This document shows positions 48,202 through 55,962 of a stretch of DNA of 64,000 nt, one piece after another. Position numbers and translations under genes: made by a program. The notes beneath the pieces are model-generated. The model saw only the letters and a list, made by a program, of their open reading frames with translations. It did not search any database and was not told the DNA's origin. The stretch is from positions 2,201-66,200 of the forward strand of contig JAKAME010000001.1 of assembly GCA_021813025.1 (NCBI GenBank). The letters run 5' to 3'. Position 1 is the first letter of the stretch; each line of letters opens with the position of its first letter. Source of the DNA: Candidatus Micrarchaeota archaeon. GTDB taxonomy: Archaea; Micrarchaeota; Micrarchaeia; Anstonellales; Anstonellaceae.

Positions 48202-49050
48202 TTACCTCTTTGCTGCTGAAACGAAATATTCAATCATCCTGCCCGGAATGTCGACGCCGGTTGGCGCGACTGAGTTGCGGAATTCGGTGGTGTGGTTGAC
48301 TTCGTGCACCACGAGCCCGTTCGCCGACTCCATCATGTCAACTCCATAAATTCCTTCGCCGAAAACATTTGCAGCACGAACTGCAAGGTCGCCGAGCTCG
48401 TCGGACACCTCGCACTTGCTGGCCGTGCCGCCTCTTCCCGTATTTGTTATCCACCCAGACTTCTCTGTCGAATTGCGGTAGATGGCGGCAATGCACTCAT
48501 TGCCCACCACAAAGGCGCGGATGTCGCGCCCCGGCTTGTCGATGTGCTCCTGTAGGTAATACACCTTCTGGAACGCATGCCCCATCTCCTCGCGGTTCTC
48601 AAGCTCTGCCTCCAGAGCTTCGCGGCTCTGGATTTTGTGAACCATGCGCGCCCACGAGCCGAACACCGGCTTGGTGACAAGGGGGAAGGAAAGATGCGCG
48701 GCAGCCTGGGTGGCGGATTCGGGCGAGAACGCCCCGTATGTCTTGGGCGTGGGTATTCCGGCCTTGGCCAGCAGGGTGGAGGCAAGAAACTTGTCGCCGC
48801 ACAGCTGGTGCGCCCTGTATGGATTGCACACGAACGCGCCCGCCTGCTCGAACCAGAACGAGGTGTAGAGGGTGCGGGCATAGGAGGAGGAGCGCTGGAG
48901 GATTGCGTCATAGTCTGTGTGCGGTTCGGTGAGCTCAAGCTGCAGCTCGCCATCAGCCAGGCGCTCAAGCTCCAAGCCCCTGGCCTTCGCTGCCTCGATG
49001 AGAAGCTTGTTCTCGGCCGATATGATGGTGTAGAGCAGTGCGGCACGCAT
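48202..49050 (-). CDS. lysX: LysW ligase LysX (ATP-grasp), copy 1
   Basis: CGDK, KPVFGSWAR, QEHIDKPGRDIRAFVVG, WITNTGRGG and EVNHTTEF motifs. Confidence 0.93.
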   Translation of the reverse strand: MRAALLYTIISAENKLLIEAAKARGLELERLADGELQLELTEPHTDYDAILQRSSSYARTLYTSFWFEQAGAFVCNPYRAHQLCGDKFLASTLLAKAGIPTPKTYGAFSPESATQAAAHLSFPLVTKPVFGSWARMVHKIQSREALEAELENREEMGHAFQKVYYLQEHIDKPGRDIRAFVVGNECIAAIYRNSTEKSGWITNTGRGGTASKCEVSDELGDLAVRAANVFGEGIYGVDMMESANGLVVHEVNHTTEFRNSVAPTGVDIPGRMIEYFVSAAKR

Positions 49051-49071
49051 AGACAACAGACTCCGTTCTAC

Positions 49072-49242
49072 TTATTCGCCCCAGTCCTCGTCCACGTTGG
49101 GGGCTTTCTGCAGGAGGAGTGGTGAGACTGATTTTACCTCGAGTTTGGCCCCGCAGTCCGGGCAGGCGAGTATTTCGCCGACTTCAAGATTGGGGCGCGG
49201 CGTTATATGGCCGGCGCATTCTGGGCATTCGGACTCAGGCAT
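49072..49242 (-). CDS. lysW: amino-group carrier protein LysW, copy 1 (56 aa, not in ORF track)
   Basis: MPESECPECAGHITPRPNLEVGEILACPDCGAKLEVKSVSPLLLQKAPNVDEDWGE. Confidence 0.95.
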   Translation of the reverse strand: MPESECPECAGHITPRPNLEVGEILACPDCGAKLEVKSVSPLLLQKAPNVDEDWGE

Positions 49243-49270
49243 GATTATCACCAGATTATACGACGCCGGC

Positions 49271-49304
49271 TTATAATAAATACATAATGTTGTGAATGTA
49301 ACAT
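49271..49304 (-). promoter_or_regulatory. lysW promoter TATA box (49271-49280) plus palindromic operator ATGTT-N8-AACAT (49287-49304)
   Basis: TATA about 30 nt upstream of the lysW ATG; same motif and spacing recur at 57071-57098. Confidence 0.65.
49281..49292 (+). repeat. 12-bp direct repeat TACATAATGTTG, left copy (predicted TnpB target)
   Basis: Identical to 50518-50529. Confidence 0.85.
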
Positions 49305-49378
49305 ATCGGCACCAACCAGAACGACCGGAATCCTACCCTCTACAAACCCACATAGGCTAGCTAGGCTTTATCTTAGTT

Positions 49379-50512
49379 ATGAGAGCTTACCGCTTTCGCC
49401 TCTACCCCTCCAAATGGCAGGAGAAGGAGTTGCTTCATCATCTCTTTATAGAGAAAAACCTCTGGAACATGCTTCTGGAGAAAACCAAGAAAAAATATAA
49501 CGAAGAGGGGAAATTCTACTCCAAATCCGAGATTCAACTTCTGGTTAAAGACAGCGGCCTGTACTCCCAATCGGCCCAAGCCATCGCTCATCGCCTCCAC
49601 CATGCCCTCCAGGCAAAAGTTCGGGCCAAGAACAGAGGTCAGAAGTGGGGGTTCCCAAGATTCAAATCCATCGAGCGCATGAAAAGTATCTACTACCCCC
49701 AATCTGGTTTTTCTCTTGGCCAAAAGCTCAAGGTCTCACCATTCGGAGAAATTTCTATCGTTCGGCATCGGATAATCAAAGGCCGTATCAAAACCCTCAC
49801 ACTCAAGAAAGAAGCTTCTGGTAAGTGGCATGCCATTTTCATGGTTGAGGAAGAATCCGTTCCTCAAAAACCCAACAACGGTCCAACTGTTGGATTGGAT
49901 TTGGGCCTCAACCATCTGGCTACTCTTTCTAACGGGAATTTCATTGAAAATCCACGCATTTTCAGCCAGTTTGAGAACGAGCTTGCACGGACCCAACGCC
50001 ATCTGTCCAGAAAGCGCAGAGGAAGCCACAATCGAGAGGAATCTAAGAAGAAAGTGGCTCGAGTCTATGAATCTTTAGCCAACGCCAGAAAAGACTATCT
50101 TCACAAGGCAGCCAACGCCCTTCTTTCTCAATACTCTAAAGTTGCTATGGAGGATTTGAGGATACAGAAGATGGCCAGAGAGGGTCATGGTAAAAACATT
50201 CATGATGCCTCATGGGCCCTGTTCACAAATATGCTCTGCTACAAGGCTGAGAGTGCCGGTTCAGAGATTGTGTTTGTGGACCCAAGGAATACGTCAAAAG
50301 AGTGCAGTCGTTGCCATTCAATTGCCAGCAAAAGCCTGTGGGAGCGAACTCATCAATGCTCCTCTTGCGGTCTGGTGCTTGACCGGGATGTCAATGCTGC
50401 CATCAACATACTCCAACGAGCTACGGCCGGGATGGCCGGAAGTAACGCCTGTGGAGATGGAATAGAGATTCCGTCTTTGAAGCAGGAAGCCGCGCCCAGT
50501 ATGGCGTGGTGA
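49379..50512 (+). CDS. tnpB: RNA-guided endonuclease TnpB (IS200/IS605, IS1341-like, no tnpA)
   Basis: MRAYRFRLYP HTH, GFPRFK, VGLDLG, AMEDL, TSKECSRC..CSSC, DRDVNAAINI; AT-richer codon use. Confidence 0.95.
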   Translation: MRAYRFRLYPSKWQEKELLHHLFIEKNLWNMLLEKTKKKYNEEGKFYSKSEIQLLVKDSGLYSQSAQAIAHRLHHALQAKVRAKNRGQKWGFPRFKSIERMKSIYYPQSGFSLGQKLKVSPFGEISIVRHRIIKGRIKTLTLKKEASGKWHAIFMVEEESVPQKPNNGPTVGLDLGLNHLATLSNGNFIENPRIFSQFENELARTQRHLSRKRRGSHNREESKKKVARVYESLANARKDYLHKAANALLSQYSKVAMEDLRIQKMAREGHGKNIHDASWALFTNMLCYKAESAGSEIVFVDPRNTSKECSRCHSIASKSLWERTHQCSSCGLVLDRDVNAAINILQRATAGMAGSNACGDGIEIPSLKQEAAPSMAW

Positions 50513-50535
50513 TTCACTACATAATGTTGCGATAG
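50485..50535 (+). ncRNA. 3' part of the TnpB omega/reRNA: right-end hairpin ending TTCAC (50517) followed by predicted guide TACATAATGTTGCGAT
   Basis: Hairpin CCGCGCC/GGCGTGG then TTCAC, shared with TnpB copy 1. Confidence 0.65.
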
Positions 50536-51447
50536 CTACTTGCGCCCAGCCAGCCAGACCAGCAGCCCCTTCTGGGCATGCAGGCGGTTGTTGGCCTGTT
50601 GGAAGACAATGCTTTGCGCCCCGTCCAGCACCTCGCTTGCCACTTCCTCGCCCCTGTGCGCTGGCAGGCAGTGCATGAAAACAGCTGTTGGTTTGGCATA
50701 AGCCATGAGCTTGGAATTGACTTGGTATGGGGCAAAGAGCTTGAGGCGGGCGGCTGCTTCCTTCTCATCGCCCATCGAAACCCACGTGTCTGTGTAGACG
50801 ATGTCTGAATTGGCGAGACCGGACGCTGCATCAGAAGTAAAAGAAACATTTGTACCGAATGCTTTCGCATTTTTCAAATATTCCGCCTTTGGCTTTGCTT
50901 TCTGCGGCCCCACAAGGGAAACGCCCATACCCATCATTGCACAGCCGAGCATGAGCGAGCGGGCCACGTTGTTGTCGCAGTCGCCGGCATAGGCAAGTTT
51001 GCGGCCCTTCAGCTCGCCAAGCTTCTCCTGTAGTGTAAGCAAATCCGCAAGTATTTGGCACGGATGCTCCTCGTCAGTAAGCCCGTTGATGACAGGGCAT
51101 GGCGAGCCGGAGGCCAGCGCTTCGAGGTCGGCGTGGCTGTTCAGCCTTGCCATGATGAAGTCCGCCATTCCGCCCAGAGCCGCGCCGGTGTCATAATAGG
51201 ATTCGCCGCGTGAGGTTTGCGACGCGCGGGCGTCAAGAAAAATCGCATGCCCGCCAAGCTGGGCCATGGCTGTTTCGAAGGAGACGCGCGTGCGGCTGGA
51301 GTTTTTCTCGAAAAGCATGAGAAGTGTTTTCTTGCCCAGCAGGGGGGGTGCGCGGCCTTTTGCATAGTCTGCCTTGAGCTTGGAGGAAATGGCGAGAATT
51401 TCGCGCAGTTGCGCGGGCGTGATGTCGGTTATTTTGAGAAAATCCAT
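50536..51447 (-). CDS. argF: ornithine carbamoyltransferase
   Basis: FEKNSSRTRVSFE, NGLTDEEHPCQILAD, YTDTWVSMG and FMHCLPAHRGEEV motifs. Confidence 0.96.
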   Translation of the reverse strand: MDFLKITDITPAQLREILAISSKLKADYAKGRAPPLLGKKTLLMLFEKNSSRTRVSFETAMAQLGGHAIFLDARASQTSRGESYYDTGAALGGMADFIMARLNSHADLEALASGSPCPVINGLTDEEHPCQILADLLTLQEKLGELKGRKLAYAGDCDNNVARSLMLGCAMMGMGVSLVGPQKAKPKAEYLKNAKAFGTNVSFTSDAASGLANSDIVYTDTWVSMGDEKEAAARLKLFAPYQVNSKLMAYAKPTAVFMHCLPAHRGEEVASEVLDGAQSIVFQQANNRLHAQKGLLVWLAGRK

Positions 51448-51457
51448 GGAGACCGCT

Positions 51458-52324
51458 TCATTTCTTTGCTTTTGCGAGGGCGAATTTCACTATTTTTTCA
51501 GCCACCTGCCCTGCCTTCTCCCCGGCAGATTTGGAGAATTCGGGCGCATGGTTCACTTCCAGCACGGCCGCATGGCCGTCCGGGTATTCGATGAGGTCAA
51601 CGCCATAAATACCTGCTCCAAAGCAGCTGGCCGTCCGATGCACCAGCTCGGCCATCTCGTCCGTCATGCTGAATTCCTCGGCCGCGCCCCCGTGATTGAG
51701 GTTGGTGATGAAAGAGCTTGAGCTGGTCTCTGATATTTTGCGGTAGATGGAGAAGGCAACTTCGTCTCCCACCACAAACACCCGTATGTCGCGCTGGGGC
51801 TTGTCAACATATTCCTGAACATAATACACCTTGTCAGTGTAATGGCCAAGGCTGTCCTTTAGCCCCACCACGGCTTCGGCTGCGTGCTTGTCGCTGATTT
51901 TGCACACCATGCGCCCCCAGCTGCCCACCGGAGGCTTGATGACGCAAGGGTATCCCATCTGTTCAACTGCCTGAAGGGCGGAGGATGGTGAGAAGGCAAG
52001 CAGCACTTTTGGAGTGGGAATGTTTTTTTGCATCAGAAACGCGCTGGTGAGCGCCTTGTCGCCACACAGTGACTGGGCTGAGCTGGAGTTGATGGTGGGC
52101 ACGCCGGCATATTCGGCCAAGCGTGAGAGGTAGAGCGAGCGGGTGAAGGAGGAGGAGCGGGCAAGAATGACATCAAGATTGGAGAGGGAAGGCTCGCCAT
52201 GAAGTGAGAAGGGCGCCTGCTCGTCCCGAATTATGGAAAGCTGGGCGCCGGCCGCCTCGGCCGCCTTTTTGATGGCCATGTTCTCAGGAGTGAGCATGGT
52301 GCAGACTAGACCAAGTTTCGCCAT
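51458..52324 (-). CDS. lysX: LysX/ArgX family ATP-grasp ligase, copy 2
   Basis: CGDK, KPPVGSWGR, QEYVDKPQRDIRVFVVG, FITNLNHGG and EVNHAPEF motifs. Confidence 0.88.
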   Translation of the reverse strand: MAKLGLVCTMLTPENMAIKKAAEAAGAQLSIIRDEQAPFSLHGEPSLSNLDVILARSSSFTRSLYLSRLAEYAGVPTINSSSAQSLCGDKALTSAFLMQKNIPTPKVLLAFSPSSALQAVEQMGYPCVIKPPVGSWGRMVCKISDKHAAEAVVGLKDSLGHYTDKVYYVQEYVDKPQRDIRVFVVGDEVAFSIYRKISETSSSSFITNLNHGGAAEEFSMTDEMAELVHRTASCFGAGIYGVDLIEYPDGHAAVLEVNHAPEFSKSAGEKAGQVAEKIVKFALAKAKK

Positions 52325-52372
52325 AGCGCCCATCCGTCCATTTGCTGGTAAATCAAAGAAACGAAACAACCC

Positions 52373-52549
52373 CTACTCGCCGAAGTCCTCCTCGATTTGC
52401 GGCGCGTGGCCGATTTGCATTGGGATGAGGGAGAGCACTTCCAGGCGCGCGCCGCAGTCCGCGCAGCTTAGCAGCTGGCCGACTTCGGTCTGGGGTGCGA
52501 GGGCCTTGTGGCCGCCGCAGTCCGGGCATTCGATTTGGTTTGCGTTCAT
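52373..52549 (-). CDS. lysW: LysW/ArgW carrier, copy 2 (58 aa, not in ORF track)
   Basis: MNANQIECPDCGGHKALAPQTEVGQLLSCADCGARLEVLSLIPMQIGHAPQIEEDFGE. Confidence 0.9.
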   Translation of the reverse strand: MNANQIECPDCGGHKALAPQTEVGQLLSCADCGARLEVLSLIPMQIGHAPQIEEDFGE

Positions 52550-52700
52550 GGCGTGGCACCTCTGCCGGGTTTGTTGAAAGAGATGGGCCGGCTTCGCGGA
52601 TTTAAAAGCTAGGTGAATTTGGGGACAAAATTGGTTTGAAAAGTATTAATTGAAACAAGAAGAGAGAGGTTAGAGGCTCGCGCGGATGGCGGCGGGTTTT

Positions 52701-53735
52701 TCAGAGGTTGGCGCGGATGGCTTCAACCATCTGCGCCGTGCTGGCGCTCCCGCCAACATCCTTGGTAACGATGCGCTGCTCATAGGCGCGCGCAATCGCC
52801 TTCTCCAGCCGGACGGCCTCCTTCTTGCAGCCGATGCGCTCCAGCATCATGGCTGCCGAGCGCAGCATGCCGGTGGGGTTTGCAATGCCCCTGCCTGCGA
52901 TGTCTGGAGCCGAGCCGTGCACAGGCTCGAAGAGGGAGTGCTTCTCGCCGATGTTGGCGGATGGGGCCACGCCAAGCCCTCCAATCAGCGCGCTGGCCTC
53001 GTCAGAGAGGATGTCGCCGAAGAGGTTGGTGGTTGCGATGACCTGGAAATCCTGCGGGCTCTTCACCAGGCGCATGGCAACTGAATCCACAATGGCGTCG
53101 TCGCAGGAAATGCCGGCGCGGGCGTATGACTTGGCGATTTCGCGGCCTGCCTCCAAAAACAGCCCGTCGGTCTTGCGAAGCACGTTGGCCTTGTGAACCA
53201 GAGTGACGCGGCTGAACTTGCGCGCCTTGGCGTAATCGAAGGCGAACTTGACTATTCTCTCACTGGCGTGGCGGGTAATCACCCGCAGAGCGGTGGCCCG
53301 CTGGCCGTCAGACTCCTCTATGCTAGAGTAAAGGCCTTCGGTGTTTTCGCGCACTATGGCGAAATGGAGAGGGGAAGCCGAAGGCGGCTGCTGGAGGCCG
53401 CCAGATGCCCAAGCAGGCACCGACACGTTTGGCAAAGAATCGAACGGGCGCAAATTGGCGTAAAGGTCAAGCTCTTGGCGCAGGGTGATGATGGCGCTCT
53501 TGTAGTTTGGTATGTTGGGAGGAGTGGTGACTGCGCAGAAGAGGACGGAATCGCAGGCGCGTGCGGAATCTATGGTGGCCTGCGGCAGGGGGGTGCCCTG
53601 CTGCTTGAATGTGGCATAGCCAGCATGGCCCTCCACCCATTCGACGTCTACCAGCTCGTCTATGACTGAGCGCGCGCTGGCCATGAGCTCGGGGCCGACG
53701 CCGTCGCCGTTGATGTATAGGATGCTTTTGGTCAT
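52701..53735 (-). CDS. homoisocitrate dehydrogenase (IPMDH/ICDH family)
   Basis: GDGVGPE, LDLYANLRP, VRENTEGLY, HKANV, NLFGDILSD and FEPVHGSAPDIAG; lysine-cluster context. Confidence 0.85.
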   Translation of the reverse strand: MTKSILYINGDGVGPELMASARSVIDELVDVEWVEGHAGYATFKQQGTPLPQATIDSARACDSVLFCAVTTPPNIPNYKSAIITLRQELDLYANLRPFDSLPNVSVPAWASGGLQQPPSASPLHFAIVRENTEGLYSSIEESDGQRATALRVITRHASERIVKFAFDYAKARKFSRVTLVHKANVLRKTDGLFLEAGREIAKSYARAGISCDDAIVDSVAMRLVKSPQDFQVIATTNLFGDILSDEASALIGGLGVAPSANIGEKHSLFEPVHGSAPDIAGRGIANPTGMLRSAAMMLERIGCKKEAVRLEKAIARAYEQRIVTKDVGGSASTAQMVEAIRANL

Positions 53736-53756
53736 GGGAATCAAATCCAATTCTGA

Positions 53757-54386
53757 TTAGAGCCTGCGCTTGCGCGAGGATGGTTTTGTGGCAGAGGGCT
53801 TCCTGCCAGGGCTCGCCGAGGCCGGCGTTTGGCCATTTTTTGTGGCCGGGCCATTTCCAACTCCGGCCGGAAGCTCGCTCTCACCGCTGCCGGCGCTGGA
53901 TTCCAGTTCCTCGATTTTGTGGCTCTTGAGGAAATTCAAAATGCCTCCAAATTCACGCAGCTTTTGCATGAGGGGCGGGATGGAGACTGGGGCCGAAGTG
54001 CGCCGCGTCTTGTTCACCAGCCGCCCATTCTCTATCGCCATCTCGTCCCCATCCTGCACCGAATCCACGAATGCTGCAGGCGCGACCAGCGCCATCACCC
54101 CGTTGTTGATGCAGTTGCGGTAGAAGATGCGCGCATAAGACTTGGCCACGATGGCCATAAGGCCGTTGGCCTTGAGCGCATATACTGCCGTTTCGCGCGA
54201 GGAGCCGCAGCCGAAATTTCGGCCTGCCACCAAGAAGTCGCCTGACCTGACGCCCTTGGCATATTCCGGCCTGTGCTCGATGAAGGCTATTCGCCCAAGC
54301 TCGGCCATGTCAAGTGTCATGTTGTAGCGGCCAGGGGTGATGAGGTCGGTGTTGACCGAGTCTGCGAACTTCCATGCGCGTGCCAT
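53757..54386 (-). CDS. homoaconitase/3-isopropylmalate dehydratase small subunit
   Basis: VNTDLITPGRY, NFGCGSSRE and SYARIFYRNCIN motifs; disordered C-tail. Confidence 0.9.
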   Translation of the reverse strand: MARAWKFADSVNTDLITPGRYNMTLDMAELGRIAFIEHRPEYAKGVRSGDFLVAGRNFGCGSSRETAVYALKANGLMAIVAKSYARIFYRNCINNGVMALVAPAAFVDSVQDGDEMAIENGRLVNKTRRTSAPVSIPPLMQKLREFGGILNFLKSHKIEELESSAGSGESELPAGVGNGPATKNGQTPASASPGRKPSATKPSSRKRRL

Positions 54387-54402
54387 AGTATCACATCCGA
54401 TG

Positions 54403-55668
54403 TCATGCCCTGAAGTACTTGCGCGGGTCGGCCAGCTTGCCTTCTATTGCCGAGGCGGCGGCCGTGGCAGGCGAGGCGAGATAGATTTTGGCCTTTGGCG
54501 AGCCCATCCTGCCGGTGAAATTGCGGTTGGAGGTGGAGACGCACACGTCGTCATCATCCAGCACGCCCATATGGCGGCCCAAGCATGCGCCGCAGCCTGG
54601 GGAGGTGATGATTGCGCCCATGCGCGAGAACTCGGCTAGTAGGCCGCGCTCGAGCGCCTGCTCAAACACCTGGCGCGAGGCGGGCGTGATGATGAACTTG
54701 AGGTTTTTGGCTATCTTCCTGCCCTTGAGGATGTTGTAGGCGACTTCCAAATCCTCAATCCTGCAATTGGTGCAGGAGCCTAAGAAAACTTGGGTGATGG
54801 GCGTGCCTGCCACTGCTGAGACCGGCACGTCGCGGTCGATGTCTGGCGGGCAGGCAACAGTTGGCTCGATTTTCGAGACATCGTATGTGAGGGTTTGCTC
54901 GAATTCAGCGTTTGGGTCGGAAGCCGTGCGCTCAAAGGGGCGATAGCGGCCCTGTCTTCGCAAATATTCCTCAGTTCTCCTGTCTGCCGGCACGATGCCG
55001 GTCTTGGCCCCTATTTCAGCGCACATGTTGGTGAGAGTCATGCGAGAGGGCACGTCGAACTGGGCTATGGCGCTGCCGCCGAATTCCACCACCTTGTAAT
55101 TGGCCCCCTCTGCCGAGAGGTCCTTGGCAATGGAGAGGATGACGTCCTTGGGATAGACGCCGCCGGGCAGCTTGCCTTCCAAATTAATGCGAATGGTGCC
55201 AGGCACGCGCGTCCATATTTTGCCCGTAGCCATCGCAACGGCCGCATCGGTGGAGCCAAAGCCCATGCACAGCGCGCCCGTGCCGCCGCCGGTGGGCGTG
55301 TGGCTGTCGGCGCCGGCCAGCAGGGTGTTTGGATAGAGGAAGCGCTCTGACATCACCTGATGGCATACTCCGTCCGTAATGATGGGAATGCCCTGCTCCT
55401 GCGCGAACTTCCTAATCTTGGTCTGCAATTGCGCGGCCTGCACGCTGGGGGCGGGGTAGGCGTGGTCGAAGAAGATGTGGATTTTCTTCGGGTCAAAGAC
55501 CTTTTTCGCTATCTGATGGAATGGCTCGATGGCCCATGCGCAGGTGGTGTCGTGCGCCAGCACGTAATCCACCCTCACCACTGCCAAATCCCCGACTGAG
55601 AGCGGGCGGCCCGCATGGGCTGAGAGAATCTTCTGCGCCAGAGTCTGGGGGGAGGTGCGGGAAGCCAT
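54403..55668 (-). CDS. homoaconitase/3-isopropylmalate dehydratase large subunit
   Basis: GVCHQV, GADSHT, GSCTNCR, GCGACLG and STSNRNFTGRMG motifs. Confidence 0.93.
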   Translation of the reverse strand: MASRTSPQTLAQKILSAHAGRPLSVGDLAVVRVDYVLAHDTTCAWAIEPFHQIAKKVFDPKKIHIFFDHAYPAPSVQAAQLQTKIRKFAQEQGIPIITDGVCHQVMSERFLYPNTLLAGADSHTPTGGGTGALCMGFGSTDAAVAMATGKIWTRVPGTIRINLEGKLPGGVYPKDVILSIAKDLSAEGANYKVVEFGGSAIAQFDVPSRMTLTNMCAEIGAKTGIVPADRRTEEYLRRQGRYRPFERTASDPNAEFEQTLTYDVSKIEPTVACPPDIDRDVPVSAVAGTPITQVFLGSCTNCRIEDLEVAYNILKGRKIAKNLKFIITPASRQVFEQALERGLLAEFSRMGAIITSPGCGACLGRHMGVLDDDDVCVSTSNRNFTGRMGSPKAKIYLASPATAAASAIEGKLADPRKYFRA

Positions 55669-55674
55669 GGCGGG

Positions 55675-55935
55675 TTACACCTCATTCGCCCCGTGCGTGT
55701 CAAGCACCAGATAGGAGGTGGCCTGCAGCACGCCGGGGCTGGCGCGCACTGCCTCGACCACGTCATTGATGGCCTGAATTGAGGGCGAGCGCACAAGAAC
55801 GAGAAGGTCGAGCGAGCCGGTGAGCTCCCAGACCTGACTGACGCCATTGATTTTGAGCAGTGCTTCGGAAATGGACGCGGTTTTGACTTTCTCGTCCGTG
55901 ACCGCGCCGATGAAGATGCTGATGTTGTTTTCCAC
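55675..55935 (-). CDS. standalone Lrp/AsnC ligand-binding (RAM) domain protein, no HTH
   Basis: ISEALLKINGVSQVWELTGSLDLLVLV..INDVVEAVRASPGVLQATSYLVL; GGTGA RBS before GTG at 55935. Confidence 0.85.
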   Translation of the reverse strand: MENNISIFIGAVTDEKVKTASISEALLKINGVSQVWELTGSLDLLVLVRSPSIQAINDVVEAVRASPGVLQATSYLVLDTHGANEV

Positions 55936-55962
55936 ATGAATCACCTTGTGCTTTTCCGCTCC

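Noticed and set aside
49379..50512. Calling TnpB copy 2 a nuclease-dead TldR
   Set aside because: All three RuvC acidic residues (GLDLG, MEDL, DRDVN) are present.
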